Assembly: GCF_004010195.1 (NCBI RefSeq)
Contig: NC_057756.1
Coordinates: forward strand, 5,570,167 to 5,634,166
Direction: 5' to 3'
DNA: 64,000 nt
DNA from: Chiloscyllium plagiosum
Lineage: Eukaryota
A program made the position numbers and the translations under genes. This document shows, one piece after another, positions 1-11,873 of the stretch. Numbering within the stretch: position 1 is the first letter of the stretch; every line of letters starts with the position of its first letter. Below the pieces are notes generated by a model. It had not been told where the DNA came from, made no database searches, and saw only the letters and a program-made list of their open reading frames with translations.

Positions 1-19
1 CCCCAGCCCCCCCCCCCCC

Positions 20-345
20 CCCGACCACTGACCGTCCCACTCCGCTCTGGCCGACTGACCGTCCCACTCTGCTCCAGCCCCTGACCACTGACCATCCACT
101 CTGCTCTGGCCCCCTGACCACTGACCGTCCCACTCCGTCACACCGCCTGACCACTGTCCACCCTACTCTGCTCTGGCCCTCTGACCATCCCCATTCTGCA
201 CCAGCCCTCTGACCACTGACCATCCCACTCTGCTCCAGCTCCTGACCACTGACCCTCCTGCTATACTCCACCTTGCTGACCACTGACCCTCCCACTATGC
301 TCTGGCCCCCTGAGCTCTGCCCCGTCCACTGCCCATCTTGCTCTT
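20..345. repeat. Degenerate ~33-35 bp C-rich minisatellite
   Basis: Recurrent ccctgaccactgaccatcccactctgctctgg units. Confidence 0.85.
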
Positions 346-1104
346 CTCTGGAACTAGAGTTTGTTATGACTGAGAGGTGAGAGTGTCACTGGAGGAAACA
401 TTATTTGTATAGCAAAGAAGAGACTGTATCATCAGTAAAGAAATGTCAGCTGGGAGCTGAGGCAATCAAATACCAAGTGATTTTGACACTTGGATATCAG
501 AAGCGTTGTCCTACAATATTGTTCTTTCTTGTGTCAGCAGTAACTCTCTCTTGATCTGACCCAACAGTCATTCATCGACCGTAAGGGGATACTTTCTGCG
601 CGTTTGGAGGAACATTGACCCCTGTCCATAATAACTATTATTACAATGGAGTCTATATTTTAATAGTATGCTGAGCCACTCTGACATGAATATGAATGTT
701 AGTGATTGATGTTTCCCACAGGGAAATGGGAGGGATGAGATCTTCCAGCAATAAGAAGCAGCTTCACCTGTTGCTAAAACACAATGTCTCCAAAATTAAA
801 CGGGCTTGAATTCCACAGGGTTTGCACGGTTCCTGCTGAGTGCAAGATGAGAAGCTCTGACAAAGTGGTTAGCATCTTTGCTGGCAGCATTCAAGATCCG
901 TACAATCACAACTATTTGTGGTAAATGTGTTCATAATGAATAGGTTATCCCATTGTGTGGTCTACTATAGCTAGCGTTATGTTAACAGATCAATGGTACC
1001 ATGTGTTGTTTAATACCCGAGGGCCCCAACATCACAAATACCAGTCTTCAAACAATTTGATTAACTTCACGTTATATCAAGAAACAGCTGAAGGCACTGG
1101 CTAT

Positions 1105-3910
1105 TTTTTTTTAATTCATTCATTGGATGTAAGTATTACTGATTGGGCCAACATTCATAGCTCATCCATAATTGCTGCAGCAAGGTGCAGATGAGCTGCT
1201 GCCTTAAACCCCTACAGCTGCAAGAGAAAACCGTCTGGCACGACAGAACTTCAGGATCTTGACCCATTGGCACTGAGGTATCAGTAATATAGTTTCATGG
1301 CAAAATAATCTGTGGTGTGGAGCATGACTTCAAGGTGTTGATGTTCCCATGTATTTGCTGACCTTGTCCTTCTAGGTGGTAGTAATCATAACTTTGGAAA
1401 GGGCTGTCAAAGGAGCATTGGTAAGTTAATACAGAGCATCTTGTAGTTGCTACATAGTGCTGTCACTGCGCATTGGTAGAGAAGAAAGCAAAGGCTTGAG
1501 GTGGTGAATTAATGGGATGCTGAAGGTGATTGAGCCTAGGATGCTACCCCGAGGAACTCCTGAAGAGACATATCGAAGCTGAAGTGACTGACCTCCAGTA
1601 GCCACAACCATCTTCCTATATGCCAGATATGACTCCGACCAGCAGAGACAGTCCTCCCTGATTCCTATTGACTCCCTGCCAGGGCTCCTTGATGCCACAT
1701 TCAGTCAAATGCAGCCTTGATGTAAAGGGCTGTCACTCTCCCCTCCCCTCTGGAATTCAGCTCTTTTGTCTATAAGCTCTTCATGCTGTCAACTCTCCTG
1801 CCCCTTGGATGCTGCCTGACTGGCTGTGCTTTTCTAGCACTACATATTTTGACTCTGATCTGCAGCATCTGCAGCCCTCGCTTCTTCCCTCTTTTGTCCG
1901 TGTTTGAACTAAGGCTGTAATGAGATCAGGAGCTGAGTGACCCCGGGGGAACCCAAAATGGGTGTCACTGAGCAGGTTATTAGTGAGCAGGTTGATGACC
2001 CCTTCCTTCACTTTACTGATGATGGATAGTAGACTGATGGGGTGGGAATTGGCCGGGTTGGATTTATCCTGCTTTTTATGTCCAGGACATCCCTGGGCAA
2101 TTTTCCACATTGTCGGGTAGATGTCAGTATTATAGCTGTACTGAAAGAGACTGGCTAGGGGAGCAGCGACTTCTGGAATACAGGGTTTCATTACTATTGT
2201 CAAAACAACATGAGGGCCCATTGCTTTTTAAGTATCAAGTGCCTCCAACCATTTCTTGGTATCACCTGGAGTGAATCGAATTAGCTGAAGACTGGTATCT
2301 GTGTTGCTGGGGACCACTGGAGATAGATCATTTGTCAATACCATCACTGCATCACTGTGCACTGCTGGTTGAAGATTATTTTAAATATTTCAGCCTTTTT
2401 GTTTGCATCGATGCGTTGGACTCCCCCTCCTTTGAGTTTGGAGATATTTGGGGAGCCTCCTCATTCAGTAAGTTGTTTAGCTTTATTAATCATTAGGAAT
2501 GAGATTTGTGATGAAGGGCTTGTGCCCAAAATGCCGATCTCCTGCTCCTCAGATGTTTCCTGACCCGCTGTGCTTTTCTAGCACTACACTCTCAACTTGT
2601 TAGATTTCAGCTGCATTATTATGTACAGCTGTGGAAAGATGTGGATGCATTGGAGAGAGAGCAGAAATAGCTTACAAGAATGGTTCCTCGGTGAAGAACT
2701 TCAGTGTTGAGGATAGATTGAAGAAGTTGGGACTGTTCTCATGAAGAGACAGGCTGAGAGGAAATCTAAGTGACATTTTCAAAATCAAGAGTGGGCTGGA
2801 GAGACTAGGTAGGGAGATAATGTTTCCACTTGTAAAAGAAACAAGAATGAGAGGGACGTAACTTTGAAGTGAGGTGCAAAAGAGACAAGGGTGATGCACG
2901 AAATTTTTTTCACACAGGGAGTGGTTGGCATATGGAAATGTACTATCTGGACATGTGGTGGAGGTAGCTTCAATTCAGGCATTAAGGAGGGTATTGGACC
3001 GTTACTTGGCAGGAAATTGGCATGAGGTAACAATGCTCGTTTGAAGATCTGATACAGGCACAATGGGACTGGAGAGGCCTTCTTCTGACCAGTAACAATC
3101 CTGTGATTAAGTGGATGACTGGAGATGGCAGGACTGCAGAACGTGGATCTGATCCATTGGCAATGAAACCAGCTAGCTCTGTCGACCACTTGCTGCTTCT
3201 GTTTGGAATATGTTGACACTTCAGCTTTAAGTATGCAGGTGCTGCTCCTGGAACGCCGTCCTGCTGTTTTTACTGAATTGGGTTGTTCTCCTGGCTTGAT
3301 GATAATGGTGGGGGAAATTGCTGACCTGTGAGGTTGCAGTGGGGGAAATTGCTGACCTGTGAGGTTGCAGATTGTGTTGGAGTATCGTTCTGCTGCTGTT
3401 GATGGCCTACAGTGTTTAATTGTTGCCCAGTCTTGAGTTGCTAGATCTATATCTAGTCTGTCCTATTTAACATGATTACAGTATCTATTATACAGTGAAG
3501 GATGTTCACAATGTGAAGGTGGGACTGTGTCTGCACCAGGACTGTGTAGTGGTCACCCTTACTGATACTTTCATGGACAGATGCTTCAGCAGCCAGAGGT
3601 TGGTAATGGTGAGGTCAAGTAGGCTTTCCCCCCTTGTTGGGTCCCCCATGATGAGCAGACCCAGTCTAGCAGCTATGTCCTTTAGGACCTGCCCAAGCTC
3701 AATTAATAGCGTTGTGGCTGAGCTATTCTTGGTGGTGGACATTGAAATCCCTCATCCAAGAGTGTATTCTACTATCTTGCCACCCTCAATGTTTCTCCAA
3801 TGTTTGTTCATCAGCCGAGAGAGGACAGTGTGTGGTAATCAGCAGGAGGTTTCCTTGCCCATTTTGATCTGATGTCATGAGACTTCATGGGGTTGAGTCA
3901 ATGTTGAGTA
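1105..3910 (-). mobile_element. Fragmented non-LTR retrotransposon (CR1/L2/Jockey group), interrupted by younger repeats
   Basis: ORF 1781-2221 WKIAQ..HKKQDKSNPANSHPISLLSIISKV..FGF is an RT N-terminus; PTRGESLLDL is an endonuclease C-terminus; VPRGSILG is an RT motif. Same family at 22420-22590, 33570-33760, 41520-41910, 60070-60355 and 61440-62600. Confidence 0.8.
2600..3110 (+). mobile_element. Degenerate CR1 LINE 3' fragment
   Basis: KDVDALER..., ttcacacagggagtggtt and 3' UTR-like sequence similar to other CR1 copies. Confidence 0.65.
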
Positions 3911-3911
3911 C

Positions 3912-4037
3912 AGTTGGACTACTGGACATGCGTATGGTCACAGAAATTTGAGGGTGCATACATGAGGATCAGTGGTCGGCACAATATCGTGGGCTGAAGG
4001 GCCTGTTCTGTGCTGTATTGTTCTATGTTCTATGTTT
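3912..4037 (+). mobile_element. CR1/HER1-like LINE 3' end
   Basis: Closely matches 26205-26337; ends with a (tatgttc)n tail. Confidence 0.75.
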
Positions 4038-5746
4038 TACAATTGTATAGAGCATATCTTATGAGAACGTTGCAATTTTGATGAGTATTGACTCATTTTT
4101 TTTTTTACAGATGTTGGGAAAAGTGAGAAAGAATTGATAAATGGAAAGGCCATATTAGTGAACAGCTTCTAGCTTCATGAAGGAGCTAAACTTCATCATC
4201 TTGACTCTTTTATGAAACTCAAGTTTCACTTCCAAGAGAATGTTTAAGAGACTAAAACAAGCATGTTCAAACACAATCAATACTGCACTTGACAAGGTCT
4301 TCCTCATTTGCCAACCTGACAAAGCTGTGGCCTTGGAACTGCACTACAGTGCTCACAGGATAGCAATCTAGCTGCAACCTTGCAATGCAAATTTAATCTT
4401 TTTTTTTAACAAATTGATTATGCCACAAAAATGCTTGCAAAATCTTGACCAACAAAGCAGATTTTCTTTTGATGTTGCCAGTCATTTCACTGCAAGGTTT
4501 GAAGGTTGTGCATTGTCTTGTATCGAATGCATTTTTTGTTTGTTGTGCCATTGACCCAAAGGACTTCACATCATTCATTCATCACTATCTTTTCATTCCT
4601 TACTGTCCACACCACAGGTGGATTGTCTGGAATGAAAACTGCATCACAAAGTCTGAAACACAACGTTAAAAAGTGTACATCTGAAATAAAACTAAAGTTC
4701 TGGGAACATATAAATCGGTGAGCATTGCTAAGCAGATATTTTAAGAAATCTTTCACTTCAGAACTTGATATTTTGACTCACTTCTGAAACTTAAACTTTC
4801 CAGAATTTATATTTTAATATTTTCATTGTTGTACACTTCTTGTAATGTGTTCTAATTTGAATGTTTTCCATCCCTCCAATCAGGAATCGTTTTGATGCTT
4901 GTAATCCTGTGATGAAACAACTTCAGTTTTTCGCATGTTGCTTCAGGTCCTTAACAAGGAAGTAGTTTTGCACAATCTTGTGGCTCAGTGGTAGTGTGTT
5001 TGTGTCTAAGCGGTCAGATCCATCTGTGAGTCCCACATGCCTTGAACGTGTGTTATAGCTTGTTCAAACAGGCTGATTAAAATAACTATCCGCTCTACTG
5101 TTTCCTGAAGGAGTGGGGCTGGAACAGGGAAGGGCAGAACAATAAGTCAAAGTGGAGCTCCATCAGTCAGGAAGGCCGTCAGCTCTATCCCAAAGGGAAG
5201 GAATTGTCCGAAACAGCAGCAGAATTTATTCCTGCAATAAATGGTAGATATTTTAATCGTCCCCCCCCCAGTTCAAACGTCGTGACATGTGAGATTTCAA
5301 CTGGATCTTCTGGCCCAGAGGTAAGGATACTACCATTGCACCTCAAGGTCCCTCACTGCACTAACTGTTGTGCTGTCAATCTATTGTTAATTGTTCACCT
5401 TTGACTTATATTGCTGATATCCCTTATTCAGCCCTCATGAGTAAAGCTTCAGCATCCAACACACATTGTATGCCTCTTATCGCAGCCCATCTATTTTATA
5501 CATGTAGACATCCTGCTGCAAGTGCTAACTCACAGTCCTGTTCATCTGCTCACTGACACAAGTCCATTTCCCCAGTACATTTGCATTGTACACTTGCAGT
5601 TACTTCCCATTCAAGTGAAATCCTGGAAACTTTCCTGTCAGCTCATTGCATTCCTACATTTATACTGCATGCCTTTTGTCACAAGTAGATCTGATCTCCC
5701 ATCTTAATGCATGATCTGTGGGTCAGTAACAGGACTGGTACCTTAC

Positions 5747-5826
5747 CTTAAAGGATGGATGTGAAATCCTCACAGTTTCTTCACATTTTCCAGTGGAGTC
5801 AACCAGAGGTGAAAGTTCAAACCTCC
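5747..5826 (-). other. Candidate small (cytoplasmic-type) exon
   Basis: tttctatgcag acceptor and aag|gtaagg donor enclosing an open frame RFELSPLVDSTGKCEETVRISHPSFK. Downstream of and co-oriented with the Ig exons, but across a gap. Confidence 0.3.
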
Positions 5827-6231
5827 CTGCATAGAAAGCAACGGGTCAGTCCACAAAACACCAACATCAGACTATAGATTTTAACTGAGTTTGGCATCGG
5901 AACTGCTACTTCAAAATCAATATGCAACTTTGAGGCTTGTCATGTACAAACATCTGAATTGTGGGCATATCCTGTACCTCAGCATGTCTATGAACTGTGT
6001 AACTCCCCTGAATAGTAAAAGACATGTGGTATAACCTGCAGAGGCAGCATGGTTTTGTATGATTGTAAGAAAACTGTTTCATTAGAAAATCCTGGGCCAA
6101 ACAGCTGGCTTCAGAACAAATACATTTAATTTTCATAACAAAAAATAAATGGTGTACTGTGCTCCTGTTACATCTTTATTTGCAATAATGGTATTGAAAA
6201 CGGTTAGTGTCTGACACTGCAGATGGCTCAT

Positions 6232-7825
6232 ACATAGAACATAGAGCATTACAGCACAGTACAGGCCCTTCAGCCCTCGATGTTGCGCCGATCTGTGGAA
6301 CCAATCTGAAGCCTATCTATCCTACACTATTCCATTCTCGTCCATATGCCGATCCAATGACCATTTAAATTTAGCTGTTGCAGGCAAGACATTCCACGCC
6401 CCTATTACTCTCTGAGTAAAGAAACTACCTCTGACATCTGTCTTATATCTATCACGCCTCAGTTTGAAGCTATGTCCCCTCATGCTAGCCATCAGCATTT
6501 GAGGAAAAAGGCTCTCGTTGTCCACCCTATCTAACCCTCTGATTATCTTATATGTCTCAATTAAGTCACCTCTCAACCTTCTTCTCTCTAATAAAAACAG
6601 CCTCAAGTCCCTCAGCCTTTCCTCCTAAGACCTTCCTTCCATACCAGGCAACATCCTGGTAAATCTCCTCTGCACCCTTTCCAAAGCTACCACATCCTTC
6701 ATGTAATGCTGTGACCAGAACTGTACACAATACTCCAAGTGCGGCCACACAAGAGCTTTGTACAGCTGCAGCATAACCTCATGGCTCCGAAACTCAATCC
6801 CTCTACTAATAAAAGCGAATACATTGTGTGCCTTCTTAACAGCCCTATCAACCTGGGTGGCAATTTTCTGGGATCTCTGTACGCGGACACCAAAATCTCT
6901 CTGCTCATCCACACTACCAAGAATCTTACCATTAGCCCAATACTCTTTGTTCCTATTTCTCCTTCCAAAGTGAATCACCTCACACTTTTCCGCATTAAAC
7001 TCCATTTGCTACCTCTCAGCCCAGCTCTGCAGCTTATCTATATCCCTCTGTAACCTGCAACATCCTTCAGCACAAGTCCACAGCTCCACTGACCTTAGTG
7101 TTGTCCGTAAATTTACTAACCCATCCTTCTATGCCCTCATCCAGGTCATTTATAAAAAATGAGGAACAGCAGTGGATCCGAAACAGATCCTTGTAGTGCA
7201 CCACTAGTAACTGAACTCCAGGATGAACATTTCCCATCAGCCACCACCCTCTGTTTTCTTTCAGCTAGCCAATTTCTGATCCAAACCGCTAAATCACCCT
7301 CAATCCCATGCCTCAGTATTTTGTGCAGTAGCCTACCGTGGGGAACCTTATCAAATACCTTACTGAAATCCATATACACCACATCAATGGCTTTACCCTC
7401 ATCCACCTGTATGGTCATCTTCTCAAAGAGCTCAATAAGGTTTGTGAGGCACGATCTACCCTTCACAAAACCATGTTGACTATCGGTAATCAACTTATTC
7501 CTTTCCAGATGATTATGAATCCTATCTCTTATAACCTTCTCCAATACTTTACCCACAACCGAAGTAAGGCTCACTGGTCTATAATTACCAGGGTTGTCTC
7601 TGCTCCCCTTCTTGAACAAGTGAACATTTGCTATCCTCCAATCTCCTGGCACTATTCCTGTAGACAATGGTGATATAAAGATTAAAGCTAAAAGCTTGGC
7701 AATCTCCTCCCTGGCTTCCCAGAGAATCCTAGGATAAATCCCATCTATCCCATTTATCTATTTTTCACACTTTCCAGAATTTCTAACACTTTCTCCTTGT
7801 GAACCTTAATCCCATCTAGTCTAAT
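6232..7825 (-). mobile_element. CR1/HER1-like LINE, 5'-truncated ORF2 (RT), frameshifted
   Basis: [55 protein letters not shown] motifs; (tatgttc)-type tail. Confidence 0.95.
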
Positions 7826-7899
7826 AGATCCAATGGGTAAGAGAAGTTGTAAATGAAGACTCTAGGCAAAACTCCAAACTGAGGCATGTTTATTTAAAT

Positions 7900-8103
7900 C
7901 CTACAGTGCAGATAGAGGGCATTCAGCCCAGAGAGTCTGCATCAACTCTCCGAACAGCATCCCACCATACCCCTGTGACTCTGCATGAGTGATAGCTCAT
8001 CCACCTATTCTATACATCCCTGGAAACTGCAGGGCAATTTAGCATAGTCAATTCACCTAATATGCACTTCTGTGGACTGTGGGAGAAAATGGATCACCAG
8101 GTG
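7900..8103 (-). mobile_element. Degenerate HE1-like SINE truncated by the gap
   Basis: ggcaatttagcat...aattcacctaa...ggactgtgggag matches the HE1 copies in this window. Confidence 0.65.
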
Positions 8104-8603
8104 NNNNNNNNNNNNNNNNNNNNNNNNNNNNNNNNNNNNNNNNNNNNNNNNNNNNNNNNNNNNNNNNNNNNNNNNNNNNNNNNNNNNNNNNNNNNNNNNN
8201 NNNNNNNNNNNNNNNNNNNNNNNNNNNNNNNNNNNNNNNNNNNNNNNNNNNNNNNNNNNNNNNNNNNNNNNNNNNNNNNNNNNNNNNNNNNNNNNNNNNN
8301 NNNNNNNNNNNNNNNNNNNNNNNNNNNNNNNNNNNNNNNNNNNNNNNNNNNNNNNNNNNNNNNNNNNNNNNNNNNNNNNNNNNNNNNNNNNNNNNNNNNN
8401 NNNNNNNNNNNNNNNNNNNNNNNNNNNNNNNNNNNNNNNNNNNNNNNNNNNNNNNNNNNNNNNNNNNNNNNNNNNNNNNNNNNNNNNNNNNNNNNNNNNN
8501 NNNNNNNNNNNNNNNNNNNNNNNNNNNNNNNNNNNNNNNNNNNNNNNNNNNNNNNNNNNNNNNNNNNNNNNNNNNNNNNNNNNNNNNNNNNNNNNNNNNN
8601 NNN
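8104..8603. other. Assembly gap (500 N)
   Basis: Run of N. Confidence 1.
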
Positions 8604-9140
8604 CCATTGTGTGGAGACCGGGAAACTGCACAGTTTAACCACAGTGCAGTGTGGTTAAACTGAGGGATGTGGAGACCGGAACAGTGCACAGTGCTCCAAG
8701 TGTGGTCTAACTGAGGGATAAGGAGATTGGAACTGAGCACCGTGCGCTGTGAATTGTCGGGTGGAGGGATAGTGAGATTGGGACTGTGCATAGTGGTCCA
8801 AGGTGGGTCTGAGCAATATGGAGACTGGAACTATGCACAGCCCTCCAACTGTGGGTCAAACTGAGGAATACAGAGCCCAGAACCTTGCACAGTGCTCCAA
8901 GTGCAATCTAACTTCGGGATACGGAGACAGAAACTGTGCACAGTGCTCTGAGTGTGGTCTAACTGAGGGATATGGAGACTGGAACTGTGTATGGTGCTCC
9001 AAGTGTGGGTCTAGCTGAGGAACATGGAGACTGGATCTGCACACAGCTCTCCAAGTGTGGTCTTTGGGATACAGAGACCAGAACTGTATACAGTGCTCCG
9101 AGTGTGGTCTAACTAATGGATATGGAGACTGGAACTGATC
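8604..9140. repeat. 51-52 bp minisatellite derived from CR1 ORF2
   Basis: Unit gggatatggagactggaactgtgcacagtgctccaagtgtgggtctaactga; the minus strand reads SVRPHLEHCAQFQSPYP (cf. CR1 [16 protein letters not shown]). Confidence 0.9.
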
Positions 9141-9193
9141 CAGGTGAGGAACTGAGAGATATTGTCTGCGTATCCCACACCATCTTTACTTGC

Positions 9194-9460
9194 ACGTTAC
9201 ATTAATGTGTTTGGGTTTAGAATTCCGGGAGCTGACAGAATTCCGTGCTGTACAGATGTAGTTACAAGATGCATCATCCCTGGTGGGTTGAATCCTAATT
9301 GTGTTGGTATTTCCTTGCAGATCTCTCCGTTGTCCGTTGCACGCTTTCCTCCAGTGTACGTATTAACTGGGGGGTTTGGCTTCACTTTGACCTGTTAATG
9401 TGATCTTGACCCCTGCCTTCACTGTATCCACAGAAATAACCTCCATGTTTCTCGGTCCAT
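9194..9460 (-). pseudogene. Second, degenerate Ig-domain exon of the same CD22/Siglec-like gene
   Basis: 267-nt phase 1-1 exon after acceptor ctctcccacag. Reads YGPRNMEVISVDTVKAGVKITLTGQSEA/NPPVNTYT/WRKACNGQRRDLQGNTNTIRIQPTRDDASCNYICTARNSVSSRNSKPKHINVT with compensating +1/-1 frameshifts (TAA in between). The B-strand Cys codon is GGT and the donor reads gcaagt. Confidence 0.75.
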
Positions 9461-9789
9461 CTGTGGGAGAGACGTTCATCCAAGATTTCAGAATCCTTCA
9501 CCTATTCAGGCCTGCAGACGGTCTCGTAGGATTGGGGGGGGGCAACATCAGAAAGATTGCTGATCAGAAATAAAAACAGGAAATTTGTCAAACTTTGGCC
9601 ATAAGACACAATGTGCATTTGCGTCACACTGCTTTACCAGGAGATGGATTGTAAGGGATGAAACAACAGTCCCACTCAAAGTTCTGTCAACAGAAAGCAA
9701 GGGCAGGTGATCAATATGTCACAAGGGGTTGCTTTTAAGATACATCTTAGCAGAGGAGGCAGAGAAAGAGAGAGAGAGAGAGAGATGGA

Positions 9790-10630
9790 CGACTGCAGGG
9801 AGGGAATACCTGACCTCAGGCACTAGGCAGCTGAAGGCATGACACACGATGCCAGAGCAATGGGAATCAGGCAGTACTCAACAATTCGGATTTGAGGGGG
9901 TAACAGAGATAGGGATTGGTAGAGAGGCTGAAGGAGTTTGCACAGATACTGGAAGGTGTGTAGGGGCTGAAGGAGGTTATGTAGATAGGGTGTAGGGGCT
10001 GGAGCAGGTGACAGATATAGGGAAAGGGTGTTGGGCTATCCTGGGAGAGGATACAGAGATACAGAGGGTAGGAGGGGCTAGAGGAGGTAAGAGAGATAGG
10101 GAAGGTTTAGGGGTTGGAACAAGGTTACAGATGTAGGGAGGAGGGTAGGGTATAGTGAAGGTTACTGATACAGGACTGATGTCGGGTTTGGAGGAGGTGA
10201 CAGAGGTAGGGAGGGACATAAGGACTGCAGCATTTATAGAGATAGAGGGGTTGAATGACTTAATGTTGATACGGTGAGGTGCTTGGGCTTGAGGAGGTTA
10301 CATGAAGAGGCAGGGGTGCTGAGAGCTGGAGGAGGTTACAGAGATAAGGAGTGGTATAGTAGTTGGAGGAACTTACGGGGGGGGGGGCGGCACACGCTTT
10401 GGAGGAGCTGACAGTGACACAGAGCATTGTCAGGGGTTGGAGGAGGTTACGGACATGGGGAGTGGTGTAAGGAGGTGTTGGAGGAGTTTTCAGAGATAGT
10501 TAGGGGTTATATGGGCTGGAGGAAGTTACTGAGATTGGGAGGGAGTGAAAGGGCTGGAGGAGTTTACAGAAATAGGGAGGGATGATGGAGGAATTTAAAA
10601 TCAAGAATGAGAAATTTATAATCGAGGTGT
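9790..10630 (-). mobile_element. L2-type LINE 3' ORF2 fragment with an internal degenerate ~37-bp array
   Basis: Minus strand LDYKFLILDFKFLH..PPYFCKLLQP [array 9890-10580] ..HAFSCLVPEVRYSLP is collinear with the L2 ORF2 end (FKIL..FKSLH..PPYL..LL.P..RAFS..PKLWNSLP). Confidence 0.7.
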
Positions 10631-10808
10631 TGCCAGACTGAGAAAAAGTGCAGGAGAGGGAGTGAGAGGAGGGTGACTGGGTAAAGGGACTCGGTGTGAG
10701 TTCAGAGACTGGGTGCAGTGACATTTTGGATAAAGAACGCTCATGTGAGTGGTGACAGAGACCGGGGAGTTTACATTAGGAAAAGGACAATCTGGGAATG
10801 ACACTCAC

Positions 10809-11078
10809 AGAGCACCTCGATCCTGAACCTCTTTGAGGTGAAGCATCAAAAGAAGTTTGCCGCTTTGCAGTAATAATCTCCAGATTCCGTTGGGGTGATG
10901 GAGCGAATGGTCAGGATGTTCCCTGTCCCCTTGTTAGCTGCTGTGTTCACATTGTCCTTATACCAGGTGTAACGACCTCCTCGATTACTCCTGGAGTTAC
11001 AGGTCAAGGTAATCCGTTCTCCCTCCTTCACCTTTCCCTGTGGCTCATTGTGAATGATGGTAACACCTCCTGGACAAT
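10809..11078 (-). pseudogene. Ig (C2-type) domain exon of a CD22/Siglec-like receptor, with an in-frame stop
   Basis: 270-nt phase 1-1 exon between acceptor ttcctcttgtag and donor gtgagt. Translates (Y/D)CPGGVTIIHNEPQGKVKEGERITLTCNSRSNRGGRYTWYKDNVNTAANKGTGNILTIRSITPTESGDYYCKAANFF*CFTSKRFRIEVL, with the canonical C..W..(D/E)SGxYxC pattern. TGA at 10846-10848 sits where Gly (GGA) is expected. Confidence 0.85.
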
Positions 11079-11329
11079 CTACAAGAGGAATTACAGCTCA
11101 ATTCAACTTAGGGCAGGAGGTGAAGCTGTGGAACATCATGGAACATTCTTCCAAATACCCTCATAAATGCTGCCCCTGAGCGTTGACCTTCTTTCAGACA
11201 GAGACCATCAGAATTCCTCCAAAATCACATACTATAACTGGCCATTCAGCCCCTCTGCTCCATTCCAATGTTTCGCATTCTCAAGTCTGTCTTCCTCTGT
11301 AATGCCGGGCTATCCACAGAGACCAACCG

Positions 11330-11815
11330 TGGTTTAGCTGAGGGATACGGAGACTGGAACGGTGCACAGTGCCCCGAGTGTGGGTCTAACTGCGGGATAT
11401 GGAAACTGGAACTGTGCACATTGCTCCAAGTGTGGGTCTAACTGAGGGATATGGAGATTGAAACTGTGCACGGTGCTCCGAGTGTGGGTCTAACTGAGGG
11501 ATATGGAGACCGGAACTGTGCACAGTGCTCCGAGTGTGGGTCTAACTGAGGGATACAGAGACTGGAACTGTGCACGGTGCAATGAGTGTGGGTCTAACTG
11601 AGGGATACGGAGACTGGAACTGTGCACGGTGCCCCGAGTGTGGGTCTAATTGAGGGATATGGAGACTGAAAATGTGCACAATGTTCCAAGTCTGGAACCA
11701 TGGACAATGTTCCAAGAGTGGTCTAATTGAGGGAGATGGAGACGGGAACAGGGCACAGTGCGTCAAGTATGTTCTAACTGATGGATATAGAAACTGGAAC
11801 TGCACAAAGTGCACA
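11330..11815. repeat. 52-bp CR1-derived minisatellite (second array)
   Basis: Same unit as 8604-9140; period 52 (unit starts at 11341, 11393, 11445). Confidence 0.9.
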
Positions 11816-11873
11816 AAGGTTTGGAGCACAAGGATATTTTCTGCATATCACACTCCATCTGTACTTATACTAT

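Noticed and set aside
3309..3370. Exact 31-bp tandem duplication
   Set aside because: Simple slippage inside a LINE remnant.
4100..4960. AT-rich segment with short ORFs, possibly an old transposase or exon
   Set aside because: No recognisable motif in any frame.
8053..8791. Long ORFs spanning X residues (also 44998-46042)
   Set aside because: Artefacts of the 500-N gaps.
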